Positions 43,901-55,156 of a DNA stretch of 64,000 nucleotides are shown here, piece by piece; position 1 is the first letter of the stretch, and the number at the start of each line of letters is the position of its first letter. The position numbers and the translations under genes are program-made. Below the pieces are notes generated by a model. The model made no database searches. It saw only the letters and a program-made list of their open reading frames with translations, and was not told the DNA's origin. The DNA comes from Utricularia gibba (taxonomy: Eukaryota; Plantae; Magnoliophyta): NCBI GenBank assembly GCA_002189035.1, contig NEEC01000004.1, forward strand, positions 1,612,001 through 1,676,000, read 5' to 3'.

Positions 43901-45479
43901 GTACACTACGATCAATTTTTTTTTTATATGTACAATAGTTATTTTTATTACACACTTAAAAAAGTGACCACTTTTTTAATACATACGGAAGATTGCCTGT
44001 CATATTCGTTTACTAAGCTAATCATTCATTGTATTTGATATAATGAATGGTGTTGTGAAGAGAGTTGACATGAACCGGATGAGGAGATCACAAAGATAAT
44101 TATAAGATATGCACAAGCCGGATAGTGAAGTGGAAGGATGGCTAAAGAAAAACACACGCCACTTTTGTTTGTGTACGGTAGAGCCTACGAGAGCCTCGGC
44201 CGGAGTCGTCCCGAGGGAGAGGGAGGATGGAGGTGCCGGCGGAGATGCCCTACGGGTAGCGTACAGCGGGTAGGGCCGGCCGGCCGCCAACCGCCCGTAG
44301 GTGCGAGGATTTGGTAGTGTTCGGTTACCAAATACCAACTTCAAAATATCAAAATTTGTAAAAAATTATGTATCAAATCCAAACCAAATTAAATGTTAAT
44401 CAAAATATTAAATACTAAAATTATTTATGCATTCAATATTTGGTTCATGAAATTTCAAATTTTGTATCTCAATAAATACTAATTACAAAATACATCTTTT
44501 ACATATATATGGTGTTGAAAAAAAAATATTTAATATAATGCATACCAAAATACACTTGAATTCAAAATTAAATATAAAATTCATAAATAGAGTAAAATCT
44601 TAATAATTATTAAACATATAATATATTATACATATGAAAATATATATTAAATAATAATATAAAACTTTAATTTATTCTGTATATACCAAATTATATTTCC
44701 TACTTCCAATACCAAACCAAACTCTAAAATTTTTAAGAATCATCTACAAACCATCTATCTAATATTGAATATCAAATTTCAAATATCAATAACAAAAAAT
44801 TCGATTCCATATTTGGAATTTCATTCATTTGGCACACTACTGGCAGCCGGCTTCTATCAAATCCTGCAGCACTTCAGAGACTTCTTCTTTTATATGTAAA
44901 CACCATTTAAATCTGGTTTTTTAACCAATAGATAAAAGTAAAAATTGGATACATTAAAGTTATATTATTTTATATTATAAAATAATATTTAAGACATCGG
45001 AGGGAATATTAGAATAGAATTTTTTGTTTAATATTTTTTATTTCATGTGCAAATTTATGTGTTTTATTGTTTTTATTATTGTTATTGTATAATTATTTAA
45101 TAAAATATCAAACTGATTAAAGTTAGATATGGTTTTAATCATATTTTCTAATCGAATAATTCTAAAAAACCGGGTTCAACCGGAACTAGAACAACCGACC
45201 GGCAACCCCAAATTTTATATGAAAGTAAATCAAGCAATCAGGCTATACAAACTTGCACGCTTCAGTATTCATTAAAAAGTATTTGAAATGCGCGTAGCTC
45301 CTCCTCCTACGAACGTGTTTGTAACTGGAGCGAAGGCATCTGAATAATAACTTTAAAGGGGTGTTTATGGTGAAGAATGAAACTCCCGGAAGCATTTGGA
45401 ATCAACCCATTGGCATTGAGTTGTCGGTGGAGTTGCAGTAGTGTGCGAAGCTCAGGGAAACATTTGGAGTGGGCCGTTC

Positions 45480-46714
45480 ATGGCGGAGCAGATGGCCAGG
45501 CTGAAGATCAACGGAGACGACTGCTGTATTTTCAACGTTTCAGGTGTTGCAGAGATTGACCGCATGAGCTTCATGCCCAGCTTGTTTCCATCGGGCCTTA
45601 CCATCACGGAGAATATCGCCTGCGAATGATGGAGGAGCACAAGTCAAGATTTTTAAAAGACATGCTCCGGCGAATCGAGAGAAATGGCGTCAAAGAGGAG
45701 GATTTGCTGGAAGAAGTTAGCACTCTGGAGGATCTGGCCCGGGGTTACTATTGGTCACGATTCAATTATGATTCTGAGGATTTTGTCAAACTGCTTGTCA
45801 CTGATGGGTGCTTCGTGATTGAGCTGCTCAGAAAATATGGTGAACAGAATCGAGTGGACGGGGCTGAGCCTTTGCTCACCATTTCACCCATTCGTGCCCC
45901 CTTGTTCCGTGACCTCTTTTTGGTTGAAAACCAGGTTCCCTTTAAGATTCTCGAGAAACTGTACAACCGCATTTACACGTCCTCCGGCACTGACCTAAGG
46001 AGCATGATGGTAAGAGTTTTCAGGATCATAGCATGGCCACTGAAATTTGAGTGCAACCCAGAAAACCTGGGAAACCTGGATCCCAGGCACCTCCTTGATT
46101 TGGCACGTCTGAGCCTCATACCAGATAAGTTGAAGGAGGCACACGAGAGGCAGTATGAGCTCACTAGCATCCAGGCTATTCGGAACCTCCTCCGCTCTGG
46201 GATACGTTTCCGGCATGATAAAGAAAGCAAAAGCCCCATTGAAGTCGAGTTTCAAAGGGGAGAGCTGATCTTACCGACATTAGTCCTGGATGATTTCACA
46301 TTACCCCTGTTTCGGAACTTCGTGATCTTCGAGCAGTGCGGCAGATATTCTTCGATGCACATGACAGCCTACGCCTTCCTCTTGACTGATCTCATCACCT
46401 CGGAGGAGGACTTGGAATACCTTTGTAAAAAGGGGATCACTGTTAACTACTTCGGGAGTAACGCCAAAGTTGTGCAGATCATGCAAGACATGCTGGCCGG
46501 TGTGCCTTATGATATCTCAAGGTCGTATTTGTACCCGCTGTACAAAGATGTCGGCCGGCACTGTAGAAGCCGCCTGCATGTTCAGATAGCAGGGTTCAAG
46601 TACGCCTATTTCAGAACGCCGTGGTCGTTCATCTCTTCCTTGGTGGCCGCTGCCCTTTTGCTTCTCACCATCACCTCCACCACCTTCACCATTCTCAAAT
46701 TTCTCTTAAGATAG
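45480..46714 (+). CDS. DUF247/UPF0481 protein, copy 1; 1 apparent frameshift; exact start uncertain
   Basis: CCIFNV, then after +1 C near 45576: PQLVSIGPYHHG..MEEHK, DGCFVIELL, DLFLVENQVPF, LFRNFVIFEQC, LCKKGITVNYFG and a YFRTPW + C-terminal TM segment. Confidence 0.88.
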
Positions 46715-47277
46715 CATTAGTAGGAGAATGCGAACTTGCAAAAAAAAAAAAAAAAAGGAAAGTGGTGCTGGGAGAGGTCATGTTTGGTCACCCACAAACT
46801 GCAAATGGACTGACTTTCACATATTTGACTTTCTGATTCTTCATATCCCTCCTACCTTCACATTGACCTTCGTGTTGTGCCATGTCAAATGGCCATTTTT
46901 TTAGCAATGACAAGACAAAGCCAGTTTTCCGAATAAGACGACCGTTTTGCCACACCAGCTTTCATTCTTCGGATGGGAGTGTAGAAAGAAGAATAAGCAG
47001 CAAGAAAATTCAACAGGGGCAGTGATTCTAGAAGGAGCACTTAAACCAGGCCCGATAATTAGTGGAGCAGGTGGGTTGTGCCACTCGAGCATCACGTCAT
47101 CGCAGTGTTCAAAAATGGGGGCGAACTCCGTCAACTTCATGGTTCAGGGTTCATTAACGAAGAACTGGAGGGATGTTTCACACGAAGGCCATTTCTGCAG
47201 CAGTGTGACATGGAGATGCTGACTTTATAAAGCTTTCTGCATAGGATTCATTATGATGGGTGTGCTGAATTCCCTAG

Positions 47278-48522
47278 ATGGAGCAACGAGAGATCATGCT
47301 TAGGATCGATGGAGGCTGGAGCAGATGCTCCATTTTCAATGTGTCAAGTGTTTGGGAGAGTGATGATCGCATGAGCTACAGGCCTCGACTCGTCTCCATT
47401 GGTCCGTATCACCACGGCACCGCTCAGATGGGAATGATGGAGGAGCACAAGAAGAGGTATCTGTGTGATCTCCTTCGTCGTATAGAGGGCATGGGCGTGA
47501 ATAAGGAGGCTTTGCTAAAGAAAGTTGGAGCCAAGGAAGCTGAGGCCCGAGCGTGCTACTGGTCGGAGTTCGAGCGCTTCGATTCTAAAAAATTTGCCGA
47601 AATGCTACTTGTTGATGGGTGCTACGTGATCGAGGTTTTCCGAAGAATCGATGGATTTGTTCTACCCGAAACCGGTGATCCGCTGTTTACCATTCAAGCC
47701 ATCTGGAACCTCATGATCCGTGATCTACTCTTGGTGGAAAACCAAATACCATTTGAAGTTCTCGAGTCCCTGTACAACATCACCAAAATGCCTACTGATT
47801 TGGGCATTTCCCTCTCTCGGCTGTTGATTGACGTGTTCAAACACCGATGGTGGCCTTGGTTGAACCTCGATACAACCGAGAACCCGAAATACCTGCTTGA
47901 TTTGATACGGCTGAGCCTCATGCCGGCGTGTTATGAAAATTCAAAACCACAGAACGAGGTGTATCGGGTGCCGAACATCCGCAATCTCCTCCGGACCGGC
48001 ATATGTTTCCGTCGTGGCGATGCCAACACAAGCCCTCTTGCTGTTAGCTACCAAAATGGAGTGCTGATCATGCCACCCTTGACCTTGGATGATTTCACGT
48101 TTCCATTGTTTCGAAACTGTCTTCTCTTGGAGCAAAGCTCCACATGCTCTTCTAAGCATGTGACAGCTTACTTTTACTTTCTAAGTTACCTCATTGTTAG
48201 CGAGGAGGACATGGACTACCTCTGTAAGAAGGGTATCCTTGTTAATCACTTCGGCACCAACGCCACGGTGGTGCACCTCATCCACCAATTCCTGGGAGGC
48301 ACGTACTTGAACATCGAGCAATGTTACCTGTCGGGGCTGTTCAAAGATGTGGACGACTACTCCAGTCAGAGATGGCATGTTCAGTTAGCCACCTTCAAGT
48401 ACACGTACTTCCGCACGCCGTGGACATTCATCTCCGCTGTGGCGGCCTTCCTTCTGCTTGCTCTCACTGTCATTTCCACTGTTTTCACAGTTCTCGCTTA
48501 TTTCAAAGATGCTCACCATTGA
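47278..48522 (+). CDS. DUF247/UPF0481 protein, copy 2 (intact, 414 aa)
   Basis: Single-exon ORF with RPRLVSIGPYHHG, DGCYVIEVF, DLLLVENQIPF, LFRNCLLLEQ and YFRTPW + C-terminal TM segment. Confidence 0.93.
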   Translation: MEQREIMLRIDGGWSRCSIFNVSSVWESDDRMSYRPRLVSIGPYHHGTAQMGMMEEHKKRYLCDLLRRIEGMGVNKEALLKKVGAKEAEARACYWSEFERFDSKKFAEMLLVDGCYVIEVFRRIDGFVLPETGDPLFTIQAIWNLMIRDLLLVENQIPFEVLESLYNITKMPTDLGISLSRLLIDVFKHRWWPWLNLDTTENPKYLLDLIRLSLMPACYENSKPQNEVYRVPNIRNLLRTGICFRRGDANTSPLAVSYQNGVLIMPPLTLDDFTFPLFRNCLLLEQSSTCSSKHVTAYFYFLSYLIVSEEDMDYLCKKGILVNHFGTNATVVHLIHQFLGGTYLNIEQCYLSGLFKDVDDYSSQRWHVQLATFKYTYFRTPWTFISAVAAFLLLALTVISTVFTVLAYFKDAHH

Positions 48523-48725
48523 AGATGTTTTCTTGGTTGCCGAAACGTCCCATCACCAGTGAAGTTTTCCCAACCAAAACCAAAATGCTTATCGGTTTTG
48601 CTGTATTTTTTGTTAGCAGATCTGATTCTTCCTCTGTTTTTGTTTCTTGAGATACTCCCGTGTAAATAAAATGGAGTAAAACAACAAAACAGTCTGAGCC
48701 ACCCAAACAGACCACGGTACCAGCT

Positions 48726-50755
48726 TCACGTTATGGAGTTCACCATCTGCTTCCCCATAGAGGCTCGAGATTTCATGAATTGCAACCCATACGCTGCCGT
48801 CGAAGTCAGTGTTGTACCCGCCACCACGAAACTGCACCAAACCAACAACATATGCCAAGGATATTAAGATAGTTCACAAACCCAAATTGCATAGCCTATG
48901 TCTGAAACAATACGAGGTATAGGAATTTTTTTTAGAAGTAGCGGGGTTTTTCCAGGGTGGCAAGAAGAAGAGTAGGAAAAGAAAGGTTATCATTAAGAAA
49001 ACGTGACTTTCAGAAAAAAAAAGTAGATTCTTGATTTCTACGAGGCGTAAGCTACCTTAAAGTATTAATATACAGTTGAGTTTCTTCGTTTCCAAATGCT
49101 GGTTGAAGTAGAGCTGCAGCGACCAAGATCAGCTGGAAAAATGTATTTACCTGAAAATTGAGCAGTGGTAACAGGAACGGAATTAAGAGTGACTGACAGT
49201 AAGTGAGAAACTGAGTATAGTATTGGTACAGTAATTGAAACAAGGAACCCCAACTCAAACAAACCAACTAACCTTGCTTATGAGAAGAGGTCGCATCTTT
49301 TCAGAATGGGTTCCATTTAGGTCGAATAAGACACGCCAACTGTTCAACTAGCAGAAGACAATTGAAATATACTTCAGAGATGTGATGACAGGATACTGGA
49401 AACATCTCAAAATTTTCGTTTTCACCTGCCAATTCACACTTCTGACTCTGTTATACACAGCACCACCAAGAAGACCAACATCACGCAGCAAAACCAGGGA
49501 AACCAGACCAGCTATAAAAAGAAAAACAGGAAAAGAAAGTTGAAGACTGCCATCACCAAAATGAACTCAACACTGGCTAGTGTTTAGCAGCCTATCACTT
49601 TCTTCTTCATTTATCTCATGCCAAATAAATCCATTAACAACGTTTAGATATCATACGTCGCATGAATAAATACTAGAAAAAATGTATATGAACAGGAAGC
49701 AAGTACGGTGCAAAAGATCCTTCTCAACCATTGCCAGTGCAACGCACCCAATCAGGACCTGTATAAATAAAGAGAAACCACATGTGAGCAAAGAAAATGA
49801 CCAAGATTGACTTAAGACAATGATTCCGAGGATGAGGTATCCATGATTCTCAAATACTTCATTGAGCTGGAAGAAAATTACTAGGAACATGCCTTGTCTG
49901 CAAGAGGATCAAGGTAGGAGCCCACAACAGAGTCAATTCTCATTTTCCTGGCTGCATAGCCATCTAACTGAAAATTGAGAAACGAAATAGCGCTTGTTTA
50001 ACTATTCAATATTGATTAAACTGGGAAATGCTCTCACCCAATCAGAAGCCCCTGATATGGCAAGAGCAAAAAATGCAGGGGAATACATCTCGTGCATAAT
50101 CATACTGCAAAAGAAGGTAACCATAATTCGTAGGCATGACATGACAATCATTGCTTGTGATCATGGTGATTATCAAATCAAGTTCCAAATATTACATTCA
50201 CAGCCAACTAAATAAAGCTCAAGACAAGAACATATAGTGGACTAAAGGCAGCAGAACACACCATGCAATCACCGGACCGGAAAGCAAGCGACCGAATGAT
50301 ATATAATTGGGAAGATTGAAGTAACTTTCCCATAGAAGACGATGGCCAACTTCCAAGTCATTTCTGACTTTCTCAATACCATCTCTATCCCACAGCCGAT
50401 GATCACCAAGAGGGTACTTAAATCCCGGGCTTTGAAGCAAATCTAAAGCACGAAGTTTCAGCAAATTCAAGACTGCGTCGGATCGTAAAATAAGAGGAGT
50501 GGATGACTGCAAAAGCTTCCAAGGAGGGTTGGCGAGGAACAAGGGGCCAACCACCGGAAAATGTATCACAGATCGGAAAAGAAAGTGGCGGCGGATATGG
50601 GCATTTCTAGAAAGCAGAAACGGCACGGAAATTCGAGAAAGAGAAGCAACGGATTGTTGAGTGCAGAGCGAGAAAAAAGGCCTGGATATGGCGGATTTTG
50701 AATTGTTCTTGGCCGATTGGGAAACTAGGGTTTTCAGATGTCGGAAAATTGCCAT
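48726..50755 (-). CDS. CLS: Cardiolipin synthase (CDP-alcohol phosphatidyltransferase), mitochondrial
   Basis: Exons 50755-50262, 50104-50038, 49967-49893, 49758-49707, 49511-49426, 49347-49273, 49150-49056, 48831-48726. Motifs [11 protein letters not shown] and [31 protein letters not shown]. Intron 3 has a GC donor. Confidence 0.9.
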
Positions 50756-52180
50756 GGGGTTTAAGCATTTTCTTCAACCCAAACGTATTCATTCGCGCTT
50801 GGGTTTTTCCAGACTTGTCCATACTTTTGCGTCCTGCCTGACACGCGTGTCCTAATTTCTTTTTCCACACGTGTTCCCTAAATTTTATCCAAAAGGAAAA
50901 CAGTTATCCATACCTGCTAGTAAAATTGGGCGGGCCGATGTAAGCCCATCTTTACAGCCCCAAACAAACAGAATCGATTAACGATGTGGGTAAGCCCACA
51001 GCAAGTCGGACACATGATTTGCAATGATTATTTAATTATAATATATTTCAGTTATTTGTATTTGAATAAACGTCATAATTTTTTTAGATTTTATACACAT
51101 ATTTTTGAAATAATAATAATAATAATAATCAAATCCATTATTTATTATTTATTAATATTTAATTCATAAATTTGGAAATTAAGTTCCAAATTTAACTGCA
51201 GCTCTGGTCTTCAAAAACATGTAAAGATATAATTTTTATTGTGTTTATCCAACGTTTCATAAGCAATCTTACGTGGGTGTCCATTGGACACACATTATGT
51301 CCGAAAAGGAAAAACAAAAAAAGCCCTATAAAAAGGATGGTCATGTTTAGTGCTCCAACTTCCATGGACAACTTAAGTTCCAACCTTATCTATCTGCCCT
51401 TTCTCCATCCAAAATTCAATGCCCTACTCACCACGTGGTCGGACACGTGGATTCCGACAACAAGGTACTTCATATTACACAAAATTTGCTGTAAAATCAA
51501 AATTAGATTCGTATTGTTGATGGATTACTAAATCAGATAATGAAATGATTAACGGAATAAGTGTCTTTTTAAGTGAAGAGGCCGTCGTGTGGTCTTTAGT
51601 AATAAACAAGAGCACAGCAAAAAGACAACTCCGCCCTTGTCGATTACGACAAAAGACACAGCATTCACGAATATAAAAATAATAAAATCATTATACCAAT
51701 TATTTTAGAGGTCCCACCAAAAGCATATAATTATTGATGCGCTCCCTTCTCTCTTAGTTTTATATTTTTTTAAAAAAACTACTCTAAAATTAATTTTACT
51801 TAAAAAAAACTAACACCCGAGTGGTGTTGCACAAACAATCGAGTCTAACGCATTAGAAATATTTTGTAAAACTCAATTTCTATTTTATTAGATTAGAAAT
51901 AATTTCATTTTATTAGATTAGAAGTAATTCCAAATAGAGTATAATGATATGTTTGATATCGAGAAATAATTACGAAAAAGTAAAGTTGAAATTATATAGT
52001 TTTTTATAATAAAAAGTATTTTTGATTTTTTTAAAACATAAATAATTAAATAATAGTTTTTTATTAATATTTTAGACACGAAGCCTTAAATTTAATAAAT
52101 ATGGAAATTAACGATATGAAGAGCATGAAGGTTTGCAATCACACCTTTACACTAAGCATCCTTTGGCGTTGAAGAAGGTA

Positions 52181-52735
52181 CTAGCCATCGAACCCGGTTT
52201 GACTCCAAACCGCATTCCGGACCCGGCTCATGTCCCGACCCTTGAGGGTGCGACCCACGCCTTCAAACACAGAATTTGCAGCAGTTTTCCGGTCGCGCGA
52301 ATTCACACGCGCCAGGTACTCGTGGGGGGGAACCATCTCCGACTCGTCGAGCCCGTCGTCCTCCCGGCCGTACAATGAGCCTCCCGAATCCGCCGCCTTG
52401 TAAGCTTTTGACCAGTCAGGGACGTTTAGAGGCGCAGAGGAGGCCACGTGGATCCGACGTGGATTCTCCTGCACCCGCGGTAATTGTTTCACGATCCTCT
52501 CCGCCGGAGTCTCACCGTCGAACGCCAACGAAAGCCCACCCACGTGGTGCCGTGAAGTCATAGTAGAAGCAGCGCGTGAGGTCCACCCCTCTCCGTCATC
52601 CATATTGTCAACCACCGCCCAGACGTCGTCTTCGCCAAACTCCACCCCCGCGCCGATCGCCGTTTCTTGAGTTCTCCGAACTCCACCCAAGTAGCGCTCG
52701 CTTCTGCTGATTGCGAGTTTTCGGCCTTTTGCCAT
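52181..52735 (-). CDS. Senescence regulator S40 (DUF584) family protein
   Basis: EFGEDDVW, SSAPLNVPDWSK, MVPPHEYLAR and SVFEGVGRTLKGRDMSRVRNAVWSQTGFDG*. Confidence 0.93.
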   Translation of the reverse strand: MAKGRKLAISRSERYLGGVRRTQETAIGAGVEFGEDDVWAVVDNMDDGEGWTSRAASTMTSRHHVGGLSLAFDGETPAERIVKQLPRVQENPRRIHVASSAPLNVPDWSKAYKAADSGGSLYGREDDGLDESEMVPPHEYLARVNSRDRKTAANSVFEGVGRTLKGRDMSRVRNAVWSQTGFDG

Positions 52736-54342
52736 GAAATTGAAGTCACCGGAAAACGTGGTTTAAAAAGAATTGAGAATCAGGATCGGCATGTAACCGC
52801 CGGAATCTTGAGCTTTCGGGACGAGATCGGTGTAGCTGCTCGCGCAGAAGCAGAAGGAGCGTATTCGCTGCCAAGCTCCAACCTGTGGTGTCTTTATATG
52901 CAGGGGTGTTTTCTTCCCACAAGTTAAACTCCTCCTCCTTTTTGTACGTTTATTATTAAATTGAAAGAACATTTTTTTAATAACATAATTTAATAATAAA
53001 TTTAGTAAGAATTGACACTTAACATTGTAAATCAAGTATTTATATAATCTTTATCATTGAAATACAATTTTTCTATTTAAATATTACTTTTATCTCTTTT
53101 TTTTTCAATTCTAGAAATATACTGAAAAATAATATTAATAATGTTGAATTATCAACATTTTCGTAATATTCTACATTATATTATACTCAATCTCTTATAA
53201 AATTCATTAAAATATGAATATTTTCATATTTTTTTATTACAAAGAATATTCAGGTTTTTTCAAATTTAATTTCATCCTCGTCTAGTGGTTTTGAATTAAT
53301 TATCCGAAATAGGGCATAAGAATCAAACCAATACAGTAGTGTAGGTGGGGGTGGGTCCAGGTAAATTTCATTTAGATTTGGGTTTCATTTTATTTGAATT
53401 TCGCAGGGACAAACAAGCGGCTAGTCCGGAAGTCATAACACGCAATAATGAGATGAATAGACCGACTTGTCACGCTCCGCGGTAGCAACAAAAAAGAGCT
53501 TAAGACAAAAAAAAAACAATAACATTACTCCATATTATTGAAAAAAGATTTGTTAACATGAGAATGAAAAATTAAAATGAGCAAAATTGTTCATTTTACA
53601 TTCATTTTATTATTTTTTAAAATGATAATTTTATATTTTCATTTTAATAAATGAGAAAATATTGTATTCTAAAAAACTATTACTTTTTATTTTAAGTATG
53701 AAAACATCTTTTTTTTTGTACTGCAATAAACATTTGACAAGATCATACTCATTGGTGATGTATATTAGAACAAAGAATACTACAATGAAAAATGAAAATT
53801 GAAATAATCAAATATATAACAAATTACATGTCATTAATAATCAATTGAATTTAGTCTTTTTTAATATAATTTATATTTATTGACTTCACCTGCGCTTGGT
53901 CTATCCATATTTTTCTAAATGAGACTTAATTGGATATTGATCTCATGAGTACTCCAATTGGAGTACACCTACTTTAGAGTTCTCATGAAATGGGGGCGAT
54001 GCAATTCATGCAGGAGGGCTTGTTCATCTCTCAGATCAAGATCTATAAAAATCTCAAAAAAATGGGAGCTTCAGATGACCGTTCCAGGTTGCTGGAGAAG
54101 GTGGGACGACGAGGTTCAGATTTTTATTGCTACACAGCATGCCTTTTTCACTTATTCCTCTCCTTGTCATCATCATCATCCATCATGTACAGTACAAGGG
54201 ATGGGACATGTGCCTACCAAGCCCTACATGCACATGCATCACATTACAGGCGTTGGGCCATTCCTTGGGAGGGTGTTTGATGCTCTGATGAAGGTGTACA
54301 GTGCAATGTAAATAGTTGTTCTGATGTTCGATTTTGTTTGTG

Positions 54343-54787
54343 TTTACTGGCTGAGTTAACACCGTATAGGAGAAGGGGTCTTCCTCCTGCTACAAAAGCG
54401 CTCTCTTGGTTACAGAAAGAACAGAAGAAGGAGCACATAACAGGTCCTTTAAGCTCTGGATGTTCCCTTTGGTTGGCTGTTCTTTTAAAAGGGTGTAACT
54501 AGGGATTGTTTTAGTGGGTGAGTTAATCCTCTCTAGGAGAAGGGTTCTTCCTCCTGCTCCAAAGACGCTCTTGTGTACACGAAAGAACAGAAGAAGGGAG
54601 CACATAACAGGCCTTTTAAGCTCTGGATGTTCCCTTTGGTTTGCTGTTTCTTTTGAAAGGGTGTAACTAGGGATTGTTTTAGTGGTGAGTTAGTCCTCTC
54701 TAGGAGAAGGGGTCTTCCTGCAGGTTCAAAACTCTCTTGTTTACACGAAAGAAGCAGAAGAAGGGAGCACATAACAAGTCTTTTAAG
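54343..54787. repeat. Tandem repeat, 167-bp unit, about 2.7 copies
   Basis: taggagaaggg recurs at 54367, 54534 and 54701 (exact 167 spacing), with long shared blocks such as ttaagctctggatgttccctttggtt and gggtgtaactagggattgttttagtgg. Confidence 0.92.
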
Positions 54788-55156
54788 TTCTCATTAATAC
54801 GCAAGTGTAGGTTTATTAGGTAGATCTGGTCTTTCCTCCACGTTTCATGTCTAAACGAACGTGCTTCAAATGCGGTTTGTTGATATTGAAAGGGAAGAGG
54901 ACTTGGGTTGCTCCAAGTTTGGGTTTGCTGGGTTTGGGCCGATGGCCCATTAATGTGGGATATTGAGCCCTCGCCGGGATAGAGTTAAAACCTAATTATT
55001 TTGAACCCGCTTCGCGGGTACCTGGATGGCTGATTTGTGCAGGCTGTTGTAGTATGGTGTACTTGATTAGGATTGTGTTTAGGGCTGTGGATTCCTTTCG
55101 TTTGCCTTGAATTTGAGTTCATGGTGTTTATCGTATGAGTTTGGTGGGTGTTTTCT

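Noticed and set aside
44130-44840. GC-rich patch followed by repeated accaaa(t/c) motifs, possibly a non-autonomous DNA transposon
   Set aside because: Could not define matching terminal inverted repeats or a target-site duplication.
46901-47140. 79-aa ORF between the DUF247 genes as a grass-type pistil S peptide
   Set aside because: No signal peptide and no conserved Cys pattern recognised.
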